IMG/VR virus record: IMGVR_UViG_3300030390_001258
Strand: one strand, 5' to 3'
DNA from: an uncultured virus (IMG/VR IMGVR_UViG_3300030390_001258)
Taxonomy: Duplodnaviria; Heunggongvirae; Uroviricota; Caudoviricetes
Length of the DNA stretch: 64,000 bases
This document shows, piece by piece, positions 47,501-58,299 of the stretch (position 1 is the stretch's first letter; each line of letters opens with the position of its first letter). The position numbers and the translations under genes are program-made. The notes beneath the pieces are model-generated. The model was not told the DNA's origin, searched no databases, and saw only the letters and a program-made list of their open reading frames with translations.

Positions 47501-50500
47501 CGGCCCCTGACTTAGCAACCATTTCTGATGGGACAATAATAGTAGACCCTGCAGATTGTGGTAAATATCCAACTACTTCTATAAACTCCATAGAGTTGTA
47601 ACCTTCTGTAGGTATACGGAATCCTACATGCTCTCTAATCCTAGGATCGTTTAAATCAATTAACTCTGTAGGTACTTCTTCTCCTAAAAACTCTTTAAAA
47701 CTGTGCGGTAAATATACCTGCATAGCTAAAGTGCTGCTCATAGGCCCGTTTTCTTTTCTATAAAACTTAAGCTTACCCATCTCCTGTATTTCTTTAGGAG
47801 CATCTTTTTGTTTTTTAGCTTCGTTAGTTACCTCATACCCAAAATTAGATTGTAGTACTACCATATCACCGTTCATTTTACGACGAATAACTGCATTAGT
47901 TACTATAGAATTAACAATAGTTTCTAATCTTGCTTTTTCTGGTATTTGATTAAGTAAGTTTACATCCCCTTCAAAAAGATCTATAATTGTTTCTCTCATT
48001 AATCTAGAAACATCTCTACGCTCAAGCTCTTCTAAAATAGTATCTCTCATTAACTCTTTAGAAACAGCTTTACCTAAACTACTAAATTCATTAGTAATTT
48101 TGTTGTAAGCATATCCTAGTTTATTTGCTAAAATCTGTGTTTCTCTTTGTATTATAGCGCCATTTAATCTGTGAAATCTATTTGAAGCTTCTTCCCAAGT
48201 TTCAGTTTTTGAAAAATCTATTTTTTTGTATTTTTCTTGTACTTGCGCATTATCAAATACATTTGTAAGCATCATAGATAAACTCTGTGTACCAGCAGCT
48301 ACGTTACTAGAGCGTTTACCTTTAGGGTCCATTTGTATCCCAAAGAACTTTAAATCATACTCTTGGACAGCTTCATCTGTTTCTATTGGCATGTAATCGT
48401 TATCTTCGTTGACATACTGATCAAACTCTCCATCTTTACGTGTTTTAGCACCTACTTTAGTAGCAGACTCCATAACCATATAATCTAGATTATTATCTAT
48501 CATATCTTGATGAATTTGCTCCATCATTAAAGGTACTTCTTGCCCAACAACTTTAGATAAATTAGGGTGAATAGGAAAAAGTGCAAACTTGTTAAATATT
48601 CTAATATCAATATTGTCTTCTAATGCTTGTGCCAATACTTGAGGCTTAAGCGGATCTAACTTAGCTATGTCTGAAGGAGTTGCAGTGTCAGTAATAACAT
48701 TGTTATAAGCGTCTTCGTGGCTTTGAGTCCAAGAATCTGTTAATCTTCTAACAAGCCTATAAAAATCTAATGTAATAAATCCTCCCCCATCAAAGATCTC
48801 CATATCACTATATGTGTCTCTAATTAATTTTTTTAACGCTGGCTCAGCTTTAAGTGCAGACAATGTTTGAACATACTCATTTATGTACGCAGAAGTTTCT
48901 AATACTTCAGCTCTAGTAATATACCTAACAGTACCTATGTCTCTTCCTTCTTTATGTCTATTTGGATTAACTACAGAAGGGAAATTTTTATTTACGTAAT
49001 CTAAAACCTCTACGTGAGTTACAGGATATTTCTTAGGACCTATTAACCCAGATGTTCTTTTAAATAAGTCTTTGTATAATGCAGGGTGACCTAAAAATAT
49101 TTTAAATTGTTCGTGCAAAGATTCTGTGCGGATCATAAAAATATGGTCTGCAATTTTATTAACTAACGCAGGAGTTAAATATTTTACTTCTTGTCCGTTA
49201 TTAATTGCTTGCAACTGGTTACTATCTAAAGAAATGTTTGTAAATCCTTTTCCGTCTTTTTGAATTACATTATATTCTACTAAATCTTTTATCAGTTCTG
49301 TCCTTTCATTTAACATGTACAAATTAATGGCACTTATTATGATTGGATTTTTAAGCGCCTCGGCTACCTGACCTCTAGTAGTATCCGGATTATCTATTAG
49401 TTTGTTTGATATATTTTGTATGTCTTTAAATCTACCTTTACTTTTTTTACTTTCTGCAAATAATTGTAGCGTAGATCCTTTTTCTCGTAACCCTTTAATT
49501 TGAGATGCTGCTCCATGTTTAATAGCGTGCGCAGTAACAATTTCGTCTTCTAAGTATCCAATTAATTGTTTAGCAAATTCAGCTTTAGTTCTATTAAAAT
49601 TAGGATCCTCAAACTTCATAGTAGTATGAGTCTTTTTATTACCTGCTTTAATAAACGGTACATGGCCACTTAATATAGAAGACACTTCTTGTGCAGCTGT
49701 ATCTGCTAATCCCGCTTTATCTACTGACGAGCTAAACTGGTCTCCAGTGTTTACTGTACCAAGTAATGTAGCTATCTCTATTCTATTACGAGATTTTAAA
49801 TATTTAGAATTATGTGTAGTAGGCGATTTTAACATAGCCTCTTTGATGTGGCTATTTTCAAAAATAAGATCTGCCATTACATCGTTAAACCCTTTTAGAC
49901 TTACACCATATATCTTTGACCCATCAATACCTTGAAAGCTCAAAGTACCTAATTGATCTGACGTTTCTAGTTCTAACCCAACTAACTGATTAAATCTTCC
50001 TCCTAAATCTAAATCAAACACATTTATAATATCTCCCTCTTTGTCAGCTATTTGATTTAATATCATATTAGCATTTTCTACGAAAGCACTATCTGTGCCT
50101 GTTGACATACCTGACATATAGTCAATATACCCTGAATAGTTTAATAAATCTTCAACGGCTTTTTTATTAGTAAATTGTATTCCTAAAACAGCAAGAAGAT
50201 CTAGTGTGTCACCTACCCCTTTATTAGCTTTTATAGCAGAAGCTAATGTTCCATTTTTATATGGGGCATTTAAATTTAAAACTCTTTGTTTTTTAGAATT
50301 AACTTTTCCTAAACTAGATTGAACTGCATACGTAAAATTTTCTTTCCAAACGCGTTTTACTGCATTATGCTCACTTTCTTTGTTAGCATTCATTACATTT
50401 CTAGCTCCTTGGTCTGTTACTTGGACAATATGATACTTATGCCCAGCATTATTAAATGAATTTGCTAGACTTATAAACAGATTCATTTGAAATGGAGTTA

Positions 50501-51887
50501 AATTTGCTAAATCCATTCCAGCGGCAAATCCTAATCTATCTAATAATATTTGAAATGTGTAGTTTTCAGAAGCTAATTTTTCTAATGCCGCTATTTTTGC
50601 ATCTAACCCTTCTTTATTTGAAAGAGTTTTATACATAATACCTTGTATTTTACTAAAGTCTGCTAATTTAGTACCTCCTAATTTATTCTGCGTAAAAATA
50701 TATTTACCCTGCTTGGAGCTCCATTTTTGTACTTGAGGCAATGTTTGTAAAATAGCTTTTACTTCTCTACTTAATCTAGACACAGGATTAACTTCATGTG
50801 CAGGTGTAATACCTAAAGAGTCTCTTGTATTAACTTCGTTCTCATCCTGAGCTTCATCTGTAGCAATATCTTCAATTGATGCTGTATCTAAATTAAAATC
50901 ATATCTAGACATGTGCACTAAATGATTTTTTATTATAGAATCCCAACTTTGCCCTATTAAACCTAAAGACTCAACAGTATTAGTTTCTTTATTTACTGTA
51001 TCTATAAGCTCGGAAAGATTAGCATGCTCTTTACTAAGTTGTATTTGTCTAGCAGCAGATTTTTCTTTTTGGTGCGCTCTAGCTATTAAATTTAGTCTCT
51101 TTTTTAAATACTCCTGCATATTTTTATACACTGTATTTCTACCCGCTGAAGGACTGCCGTACATTTCTTTTAGCGTACTCCTATAGCCTTCTTCCTTTAA
51201 AATAACTTTAGCAAGTAACTCTGGGTCAGCATCTTCTCCTAACATTTGAAAAAGATCTGACGTCATAGACTCATTTAAGTAAGCTTTTTGACTAGTACTT
51301 AAAGATTTAACTAAGTACGGAGCTTTTTTTCCTGTCGAATCCTCTGCAGCTTTACTGTCAAACTTTACGTCAGCAGTGGCGTTACCTACTATAGTAGAAT
51401 TTAAAATATTGGCGTAATCTTCTACGTTAGCATAAAAATTATATAAAAAATCAAATGTATTTTTAAGGCCTTTAGATTTTACATCATAAGTTTTACCGTC
51501 TTGAGCTTGCTCAGCGTATAATTTAAATTGACTTGCAGCATAAGAAATAATGTCTGCAGTTGAAGCTTCTTCTATTTTAATTAAATTTTTTCCAATTAAA
51601 ATAGTTTTAGACGTTTCTTTTAAATGTTCTACAATAGTAGGTAAAGAAAAACGGATTGATCGGCTTAGCGCCATACCAAAGGTGTCTACATACTTTTGGC
51701 TAAAAGCTATATTTGGATTTAATAAAATGTCTTTTCTTTTTACTTGTTCGCTAAAAGAAGTTCCATATAAAAAAGTTTTAAATTCACTTAAACTAACTAA
51801 ATTTTTACCTTCTGCATTAGACGGGATTATAGCTTCTACTTGAGCAGAAGTTTGTTCAAATAAATTTGTATTTCTACATATACTCAT
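44568..51887 (-). CDS. Virion-packaged single-chain RNA polymerase (crAss-like, phi14:2 gp66 type)
   Basis: 2439 aa; GFRIPTEGYNSM...VPSEMVAKSGADYDIDKL carries the catalytic DxDxD (47487-47501); also KDLFKR, DGGGFI, LKPQ and YVDGEKDP. Confidence 0.9.
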   Translation of the reverse strand: MSICRNTNLFEQTSAQVEAIIPSNAEGKNLVSLSEFKTFLYGTSFSEQVKRKDILLNPNIAFSQKYVDTFGMALSRSIRFSLPTIVEHLKETSKTILIGKNLIKIEEASTADIISYAASQFKLYAEQAQDGKTYDVKSKGLKNTFDFLYNFYANVEDYANILNSTIVGNATADVKFDSKAAEDSTGKKAPYLVKSLSTSQKAYLNESMTSDLFQMLGEDADPELLAKVILKEEGYRSTLKEMYGSPSAGRNTVYKNMQEYLKKRLNLIARAHQKEKSAARQIQLSKEHANLSELIDTVNKETNTVESLGLIGQSWDSIIKNHLVHMSRYDFNLDTASIEDIATDEAQDENEVNTRDSLGITPAHEVNPVSRLSREVKAILQTLPQVQKWSSKQGKYIFTQNKLGGTKLADFSKIQGIMYKTLSNKEGLDAKIAALEKLASENYTFQILLDRLGFAAGMDLANLTPFQMNLFISLANSFNNAGHKYHIVQVTDQGARNVMNANKESEHNAVKRVWKENFTYAVQSSLGKVNSKKQRVLNLNAPYKNGTLASAIKANKGVGDTLDLLAVLGIQFTNKKAVEDLLNYSGYIDYMSGMSTGTDSAFVENANMILNQIADKEGDIINVFDLDLGGRFNQLVGLELETSDQLGTLSFQGIDGSKIYGVSLKGFNDVMADLIFENSHIKEAMLKSPTTHNSKYLKSRNRIEIATLLGTVNTGDQFSSSVDKAGLADTAAQEVSSILSGHVPFIKAGNKKTHTTMKFEDPNFNRTKAEFAKQLIGYLEDEIVTAHAIKHGAASQIKGLREKGSTLQLFAESKKSKGRFKDIQNISNKLIDNPDTTRGQVAEALKNPIIISAINLYMLNERTELIKDLVEYNVIQKDGKGFTNISLDSNQLQAINNGQEVKYLTPALVNKIADHIFMIRTESLHEQFKIFLGHPALYKDLFKRTSGLIGPKKYPVTHVEVLDYVNKNFPSVVNPNRHKEGRDIGTVRYITRAEVLETSAYINEYVQTLSALKAEPALKKLIRDTYSDMEIFDGGGFITLDFYRLVRRLTDSWTQSHEDAYNNVITDTATPSDIAKLDPLKPQVLAQALEDNIDIRIFNKFALFPIHPNLSKVVGQEVPLMMEQIHQDMIDNNLDYMVMESATKVGAKTRKDGEFDQYVNEDNDYMPIETDEAVQEYDLKFFGIQMDPKGKRSSNVAAGTQSLSMMLTNVFDNAQVQEKYKKIDFSKTETWEEASNRFHRLNGAIIQRETQILANKLGYAYNKITNEFSSLGKAVSKELMRDTILEELERRDVSRLMRETIIDLFEGDVNLLNQIPEKARLETIVNSIVTNAVIRRKMNGDMVVLQSNFGYEVTNEAKKQKDAPKEIQEMGKLKFYRKENGPMSSTLAMQVYLPHSFKEFLGEEVPTELIDLNDPRIREHVGFRIPTEGYNSMEFIEVVGYLPQSAGSTIIVPSEMVAKSGADYDIDKLTLYIPNTRFVDGKLVVEPSITKASDLRIRDLGGYKNVILTLFDPNKAISLIQELDGLYRNKKITNDFLKTFAKHPVIKARKEKIEQLKEDIEASESTLDKREISKQIENIYKDINTQLLNTPEGLFAGQDFNRDGLIGFRFALNEALANIDEQVEMQGFQELPQQEKETKAYLQNELQFFMKDVLRHPLSFDQLITPVGAHGLKSLAYRIDALVNPDKYVDPNAEVLEEKPKNLLDELSFKNIIELTRTMYQTLGGTGIVATSMTHAIKVQKTGLEFNKDHTFNFANMSKIGAPSLSKVYSHNSKRAINSEMQQYVTGYVDGEKDPFVMYVNAGKDAAAVHMVLLRAGLPLEEVLYFMSQPIISDFLRMKSLNQSVALRASRGRNTYLSDEDIIKDLSNGKKYGNTEMQSPTGGPHQFTLAQLKSMVGKKLKSEEEGMQLETNDKKRQKAILTDFLRYKEYADELRKLQEIHSYDKVKLKNGSENVYMEAMERVVQVEDKFTNPMLLVTTPTSMLKYNRDALFASNELLGQVDLKNSNSMLREFFVQKAISLIDAGIRKDDVIYTLNKFDNFVTASLIQGVVVNGNETIADKRYSLMQGENSLPRRIKALQDSRELTNLALDAFLPILDSYVQGAVEFTSDNLKLRKSVMDTLDVDIVADEMRELKRSQPAIYRDLIYFSMLQSGVDFNPNAFYSIIPAEDVLPITKSAFTAFAGRNNNNNELNNMWKNFYDANWDNRVITKINYAGSSGTNYSSIGKNSIEAKTFPNIKQNSLTLTSPAGSAHYMRADRESEWQLSAKKGIRGKAIEATDSASMYLTNRIAKVEGEYKAGPAQAQKITAGYKILSADRNVRPSGIYMLSDGTTLKITKFNNGLGTLTQMLKNPEVLKTAGETKLSKEQLASMLGYESLAGMKNSPQYKGFVSGKNALYLSKIEVISVGTETFKEAEPREDENDGNVNDTLFQIKKESNC

Positions 51888-51897
51888 AGTCTATTTT

Positions 51898-54800
51898 TTA
51901 AAAAGGATTGCATAATTCGTCATCTTCATCTTGGTCATCTTCTACGTCATTTTCCATTGTTGGTAAAACTTCATCTTGTCCTGAAGGATTATTAGTAAAT
52001 GGAGTAGCTTCAACATCAGTAGCCTCTAAGCCTACTTTATTTGGATCTAAATAACTAAAAGACATAGGGGTTATATCATATGCATTGTTAGTTATTTCAT
52101 TTGCAATATTATCAACTTCTGATTTAGTTGCTGCTAACATACGAGAAGCCACATCTGTAGCCCCTCCAAACTCGTTAACATACCACTCTAACCCTGAAGT
52201 ATCTTCTATTGGCTTACCATCTTTGTCTGTGTAATTAGATATTGTACCAAAATCAGACAAATAAACTTCATCTCCAAGTCTTTTAAAAGGAAACGTTATT
52301 ATAAATGTATCCCCTGTCTCTTCATTTGTACCTTGATAAGACTCAGGATTTATAGAATTTTTGTTATTTACTATAGTACTATTGACAGCAACTGGAGGTT
52401 TAACTGCTTGCTGCTTTTTAACTTTAGGAGCTAAAGGGGTAGTAGTAGTTTTTGTTTTTTTAGGATTTAAAAAAGAAGACAATGTTTCCATTTTTTGAGT
52501 CCCAACAAGCAAATAAGTGTTTTGAAATTGAGCACCTTTATAGAAGTTTTTATCTCCTTCTTTAATTTCGTCGCGCATTAAAGTATATAAAGGTATTTCA
52601 TTTATACTTCTTGGCTTATCTCTCATGCCTGTAGTATCTCCTAGTAAATACTGAGTATAATTACTCCATTGTATTTTTGATACATTTCCATTTTTATCTA
52701 CTGTATATTCTGTAAATGGAGCATACTGTGCTTCTTCTTCTTTAGGTTTAGGGTTTGCGTCTTTCCATGCTTTTAAAGCTTTTCTAGGGTCTGCTACTTT
52801 AACTGGACCTTCCTTAGAGAACAATCTATCTGTTTCGTTTAGAAGTGCCTCATTATAATCTTTAAGCGCTTTTCCGCCTGCACGTTGCTCAACATCTTTA
52901 CCTAAAGTATAATAATTTACATTGTATTTTTTGTTTTTAATAAACTCTTCTAGCTGTTCGTGTAAACTTGTGTTTTCACTTCTATTAAGAAGTTGCTGCA
53001 TTTGTATTTCTCCAAACTCTCCAAAATACAGACTAAATCCGTTTTTAGTAGGCTTAATTTCAAAACGTTTAGATTTTACATTTGCTATATCTGTTTTTTG
53101 TTTAGCAGTGTTAGGCCCAAAATAAACTAAATCTTTAATAACTTGTAAAATATTTTTACTACTAGTATCACTAGAGTCAATGCTTTCAGCTGCTTCTGGC
53201 ATCAGCTCTTTATTTATTTTTCTAGTTTGCTGGTCAGCATACTTAATAAATAAATTGTACAATGTTTCTTGATCTATCTCAGTTAAAGATTGCTCACTAA
53301 CAGGTATTAATTTACCTTGCTTTTCAATAAATAACATGTTATTTTTAAGAGTCATAGTTCGACCCCCAATAGTTACTTTATTGCTTAATGATGTATTAGG
53401 CCGTAAATTTATGTTTTGCACATCACGTTGTATCGATCTGGAAGGGCGGTTTAAAGTTTCCCCTTCTTTTTTTAATACATGTGGCGTACTGTGACCTAAA
53501 ATTGACATAATCAAAGGTTCAGATGAATCTAAAATATTTTGGCGTCTAGCCTTATGTCTCTCTATAATATCTAAAGCATTTTCAGTAAGACTACCAGTAA
53601 CAGTAGGTTTTTTTCCTTTTGGAGGCGAATCTTCAATAGAGTACCTTGTTACACCATCTAGATCTGTAAACTCTTGCCTGCCTTTTACATTTAAATCCAT
53701 TTTACCATAACGATACCCAACTCTAGGTCCCCCTTTCGTATTGTAATTTTCAAACAATTCGTCATTAGGCATTGAAGTATAAACAAGTTTATCGTTTATA
53801 AGAACAGGCTTTCCTTTTTTGTCAGTTACAACAAAAAGAATGTTTTCTTTGTCTTGTTTTTTTAATTTTGTTTTATTGTCCGCAGTTCTAAACCATTTAT
53901 TTTTTCGTGTTTCATCGTAAAAAACTACTTGATCTGCTAAATCTGCGGGCAAACTTTTTCTACTTACAGCTATAACTTTATATTTAGCAGAATCTTTGCT
54001 TTTTTCGCTAAAATTTTTAGAAGAGGTGAATGCAAAAAATTGCAGCTGACTTTCAAGTTGCTCTTTTTCTAACAAATCAATTGTATCACGGAGCTTTTCT
54101 GATACTGTAGCATTACGAGCTATCGTATCTTCTATCTCCTTAAGTCTTTTTATTGCATACACATGCGACCCTGCAGTTTTACCTAAATAATGTTTAGAAA
54201 TTGCAGGAGCAAACCTTTCGTTACTTGATTTAGGGTTATTTATAGTATTTATTAAATCTTCAACAGACATTTGCCCTTCGCTAGAGTCTGTATATACGTC
54301 GTCCCCTTTTTCTTTTACAGCAGGAGGCGCCATAAAGTACTCTAACTTTCTTTGTAACGCTATCATTTGATTATTCAACGATATAGCTACGTTTGTAGCT
54401 TGAGTAGCATTAGCAATTAAAGCATCTACATCTTGAATAAACGCTTTCTCTAACCGTTCTAAATCAAACATAGAGTTTTGTAAACGCTGAGCCATCTTTT
54501 CGTATTCAGCAGCTTCAGGCTTAGTTTGATCTTTTTTATACGCTTTACCAAACGGGTCAGTAGCGGTAGGCTTAGTAACCTTAATAATCTTTTTAAGCTC
54601 TTCTAAACGTTTTTCTAGATCTTCTATTTTAGTGTAAAGAGGCTTAACGCTGTCATCGTACTGTAAAAGCAGCTCTTTAATTTGCTTTGTACCATCATTA
54701 ATAACGTTTTTAAATCCGTTTAGCTTTTCACTGTCAATAATAGTTCTACCATCTTTTTGAGTTTTAGCCATTTGGAATACTGGATTATCTAGCATCTCTT

Positions 54801-57800
54801 TATAAATAGATGCATAATCCTTCATTGTATATGACGCTTCAAATAAGTTTTCAATAGCAGCGTTTACTTGCTCTTGAGTTTTAAGTGATTTAGACTCTGT
54901 TGCAAAGTTCTGTAACACATTCAGATCTGTTTCCACAGAAGCTATTTCTTTTCTTGTGTTAGCTATATCATTACGTAATACTCTAAGATCAGCTTCAAGC
55001 TCAAATTGTTTTCTAAATATACTTTCTAACTCATCTTCAGATAACTCACTTTTTTGCTCTAACATCGTCTTGTAATTTCTTAAAGATGTTATAGTCTCAT
55101 TAAACTTAGTTTTAAATATATCTAAAGAGTTAGTAAAAAGAGTTAATCTATTTTTAAGCTTACTTTCAGTTTTAGACAGTGTAGCATTTAATAGTTCTTG
55201 AGCTATTTGAGTTTGATCTATTATACTGATAGGGCCATTAGCTTTTAGTAAAGCCTCAGCTGCCCATGGAGCTGTGTTATCTGCTTTAGACCCTAATTGA
55301 TCTTCAAGAAGTTTGATAGCCTCTTGTTTAAGTAAAATGTCTTGGCCTACAATTTCGTTACTTTCTTCTTCTTCTAACGTTTTTAACTCCCCTCTCAGAA
55401 CATCAAGATCCTCAAGAATAGCTAAAGTTTCAAATGAAGGTATTGGGCGTAATATTTGATCTTTTTCAGACTCAACTTTTGTGTCTTCAACTAAAAACCG
55501 TTTAATACTTACGTCACCTTTTTCATTCTTATACTCAAATTCAATAATTTTACCCTGGTATCTTGTAATAAGTTTAGCTAGCTTTGGGTCATCCAACTCT
55601 ACGTTAGGACCTTTACCTGACTGTATTGCTTGTTGGTAAAGAACTTCTGGCGGAGGTACTATATTTCCGTGCTTAGACCACGTTCCTTCTTCTCTTAGAG
55701 CTAGCATTTGATTATACATTGAGATTGCTTTGTGGCGTCTCGCTCTAAGTTTTCGAGAATCTTTTAATAGCTGAGTGGCCTCATCTTTACCTACTGCAAA
55801 CCCTGAAGGATCTGCTTTCTCCCATGCGTCTAGCATCTGTTGCTCTGAAGCGCTGATATAAGGATCTAATCCTTTGTCAATTGCTTTAGATAAATCTGCA
55901 AATCTGTCTAGTACAATATCTATTTTCTTTTGTACTACCTCTGCTTGTGCTTCTTTTTCTTTTTTACTAAGGTTAGAGCTTTCGATCTTATCTAACTCTG
56001 CTTGTAAAGTTGTTTTTTCTTGTAGTATAATGTTGTAAAGCTCTTCTAAATGTACAGGGTCAGTTAATTCTTTTATGTTTAACTTTCGTTTAACTTTTTC
56101 TACAGCCCCAGGATTATCTGCTTTTATTTGTTCTTTTTTAGAAGAAGAAATACGGTTCCAAATATTCTTTAAACGTAGTTTTTCTTCATTAGCTTCTCTT
56201 TCATCTGCTTTTGCTTTATCTTCTTCAACCTCTATATCTAGAGTCAAACCCATATCAGATAAAGTTTTGTTAATATTTTCTTCTCTCTTTATACTGTCTT
56301 CAGTAATAGAAAGTGCGTGAGCCATAGAATTTCTCTGGTCTTCACCCCAGGTAGTAAAACTCTGGTCTATTTTGTTAAAAGCAGATTTTACCGCTGTTAT
56401 TTTCTTTTCAAAAGCAGTCGCTATATCTTCTCTTCTAGTAGCTAATTCTGTATCGTTTAAGTCTGATATACCTTTATAGTCAAAGGCTTCTCTAAACTGG
56501 TCTAAAGACATGTTACGTATGTGCTTTACATCTTCAAGTAGCTCTGATTCAAACCCCGCACGTATTCTAGAAGAGATATAGTTAAATACCCCATCTTCCT
56601 CAGCGTTATAAAACGCAAAAGGACTATCAATAATAGCAGCAAAATCTTTTGCATCTTGTATAACACCATCTCTAACCATAGCATTGAAATTTCTTTCAAA
56701 TGCTTTCATTGCGTCAGGATCATTTTCTAACCGTGTTTTAAGCGCATTTACAGAATCATTCTGCAATTTAATGTCTTGCAAACTCTCCCAGATACCTCCA
56801 TTCCAAGTACCTTCTTTTTTAGTTTTACCGTCTTTTCCTTTAACGCTTGTACGACCTGGTAAACCCATAGCAGCTAACAAAAACCCTATACCTATCTCTT
56901 TTTGGCCTTCTTTAGATCCGTAAACTTCGCCAAACTTGTCTGCTGTATTTTCTAACATCTCAGCAGCCATTTTAATAAACCCTGGATCACCTTTAGATAC
57001 GTAGTAGTTAGTTGCTGCAGCTTGTCCCGCCACATCTAATAACTTTTGTCCACCTTCTTCTACAAACCCTTCATATAACGGGGTCTTAAGTACACGCCAA
57101 GCATTTCGAGCTAAAACTTCTTTTTTACCAATCTCTTTTGCTAACTGGTGATAAGCTCTTCCTTTGCCAACTACTTCGTTTCTTAACGCATTAGCATAAG
57201 CAGCTTTAGTAGACTTTAATCCTTTCCCAAATATTTTTGGAAACATCATATAGTTACCGTACCCTACCAAAGCTAGATTTCCTGCAAATACAGCGTTAGC
57301 GCTTTTAGTTGCAAGATCTGCTAAAGCAGCATACTCTTGTTTAGACGGACCTCTTCCGTGTGTTTCTTTAAATGCTTCTTGTAATCCTTTAAAACTTTCA
57401 TCGTAATGATGTCTAGCTTCTACTCCTGATTCGTACATAGCACCAGTACCTAGCTGCCGTAAAGTACGCAGCCCTGTATTCATTCTATTAGAATCTACTG
57501 TGCTATTAAACTTTTTTAGTATGTCGTCAGTTGCCTTGGTGCCCATGTATTTAGCAGATTTTGCCCCAACTGCTCCTTTTAATATCTTAGTAGCTTTTGC
57601 TACTTGAGCACTTGATGCTAACCCTGCAGTAAGCCCTTCTGATAATACAGCTCCAGCAATAAAAGATAACCCTTGAGTAAAATCATTAGCCCAAAAGTTA
57701 GCAGTCCCCATACTTTGTAATATGTTGTAATCTTGCTCTTCTTTAGTGTAATAATTTGGAAGCTTGTCGTCCATCCAATCATTTATACCATCTAGGCCTC

Positions 57801-58299
57801 TTTGAAAATCATTGTCAAAAAATGATTTTGTTGCGCTTTCTTCTGCAAATAAATTCATAGCAAAAGAACCTGCGCCGTACAGTAACCCTACGGTAGATCC
57901 TAATATATTAGTACCTGTTTTACCTATCAATTTTGGTATACCATGAGCCCACTTTTCACCACTACTTTGTCCATATGCTCTAAGGTCATCTGCATCATCC
58001 GATATAAATGAAAATGGGCGATCGATATAATCATCGTACGCCTCATAATCTACATTTTTAAGAGTAGTTCCGTATCGAGGGTTTGTAGTCATACCCACAT
58101 CTGGCTCATCAGCAGTCTCTGCTTCTACGTCGGCTACAAGGCTTGATATAAGATCTCTATCTTCTAGTGTGTGTGTAGCTTTTTCTTCTTCTACAACTTG
58201 CTCAGGAGTTACAAGCGCGTTACCTTCAGTGTCTACTTCAACTAAATTTTCTGGAGCTAATGTTTTGTCTAATCCTGTTAAAAAAGTATTTTCTTCCAT
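51898..58299 (-). CDS. Giant virion cargo/ejection protein with hydrophobic segments and coiled coils
   Basis: 2133 aa immediately upstream of the vRNAP; Gly/Ala-rich hydrophobic helices in the N-terminal part. Confidence 0.65.
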   Translation of the reverse strand: MEENTFLTGLDKTLAPENLVEVDTEGNALVTPEQVVEEEKATHTLEDRDLISSLVADVEAETADEPDVGMTTNPRYGTTLKNVDYEAYDDYIDRPFSFISDDADDLRAYGQSSGEKWAHGIPKLIGKTGTNILGSTVGLLYGAGSFAMNLFAEESATKSFFDNDFQRGLDGINDWMDDKLPNYYTKEEQDYNILQSMGTANFWANDFTQGLSFIAGAVLSEGLTAGLASSAQVAKATKILKGAVGAKSAKYMGTKATDDILKKFNSTVDSNRMNTGLRTLRQLGTGAMYESGVEARHHYDESFKGLQEAFKETHGRGPSKQEYAALADLATKSANAVFAGNLALVGYGNYMMFPKIFGKGLKSTKAAYANALRNEVVGKGRAYHQLAKEIGKKEVLARNAWRVLKTPLYEGFVEEGGQKLLDVAGQAAATNYYVSKGDPGFIKMAAEMLENTADKFGEVYGSKEGQKEIGIGFLLAAMGLPGRTSVKGKDGKTKKEGTWNGGIWESLQDIKLQNDSVNALKTRLENDPDAMKAFERNFNAMVRDGVIQDAKDFAAIIDSPFAFYNAEEDGVFNYISSRIRAGFESELLEDVKHIRNMSLDQFREAFDYKGISDLNDTELATRREDIATAFEKKITAVKSAFNKIDQSFTTWGEDQRNSMAHALSITEDSIKREENINKTLSDMGLTLDIEVEEDKAKADEREANEEKLRLKNIWNRISSSKKEQIKADNPGAVEKVKRKLNIKELTDPVHLEELYNIILQEKTTLQAELDKIESSNLSKKEKEAQAEVVQKKIDIVLDRFADLSKAIDKGLDPYISASEQQMLDAWEKADPSGFAVGKDEATQLLKDSRKLRARRHKAISMYNQMLALREEGTWSKHGNIVPPPEVLYQQAIQSGKGPNVELDDPKLAKLITRYQGKIIEFEYKNEKGDVSIKRFLVEDTKVESEKDQILRPIPSFETLAILEDLDVLRGELKTLEEEESNEIVGQDILLKQEAIKLLEDQLGSKADNTAPWAAEALLKANGPISIIDQTQIAQELLNATLSKTESKLKNRLTLFTNSLDIFKTKFNETITSLRNYKTMLEQKSELSEDELESIFRKQFELEADLRVLRNDIANTRKEIASVETDLNVLQNFATESKSLKTQEQVNAAIENLFEASYTMKDYASIYKEMLDNPVFQMAKTQKDGRTIIDSEKLNGFKNVINDGTKQIKELLLQYDDSVKPLYTKIEDLEKRLEELKKIIKVTKPTATDPFGKAYKKDQTKPEAAEYEKMAQRLQNSMFDLERLEKAFIQDVDALIANATQATNVAISLNNQMIALQRKLEYFMAPPAVKEKGDDVYTDSSEGQMSVEDLINTINNPKSSNERFAPAISKHYLGKTAGSHVYAIKRLKEIEDTIARNATVSEKLRDTIDLLEKEQLESQLQFFAFTSSKNFSEKSKDSAKYKVIAVSRKSLPADLADQVVFYDETRKNKWFRTADNKTKLKKQDKENILFVVTDKKGKPVLINDKLVYTSMPNDELFENYNTKGGPRVGYRYGKMDLNVKGRQEFTDLDGVTRYSIEDSPPKGKKPTVTGSLTENALDIIERHKARRQNILDSSEPLIMSILGHSTPHVLKKEGETLNRPSRSIQRDVQNINLRPNTSLSNKVTIGGRTMTLKNNMLFIEKQGKLIPVSEQSLTEIDQETLYNLFIKYADQQTRKINKELMPEAAESIDSSDTSSKNILQVIKDLVYFGPNTAKQKTDIANVKSKRFEIKPTKNGFSLYFGEFGEIQMQQLLNRSENTSLHEQLEEFIKNKKYNVNYYTLGKDVEQRAGGKALKDYNEALLNETDRLFSKEGPVKVADPRKALKAWKDANPKPKEEEAQYAPFTEYTVDKNGNVSKIQWSNYTQYLLGDTTGMRDKPRSINEIPLYTLMRDEIKEGDKNFYKGAQFQNTYLLVGTQKMETLSSFLNPKKTKTTTTPLAPKVKKQQAVKPPVAVNSTIVNNKNSINPESYQGTNEETGDTFIITFPFKRLGDEVYLSDFGTISNYTDKDGKPIEDTSGLEWYVNEFGGATDVASRMLAATKSEVDNIANEITNNAYDITPMSFSYLDPNKVGLEATDVEATPFTNNPSGQDEVLPTMENDVEDDQDEDDELCNPF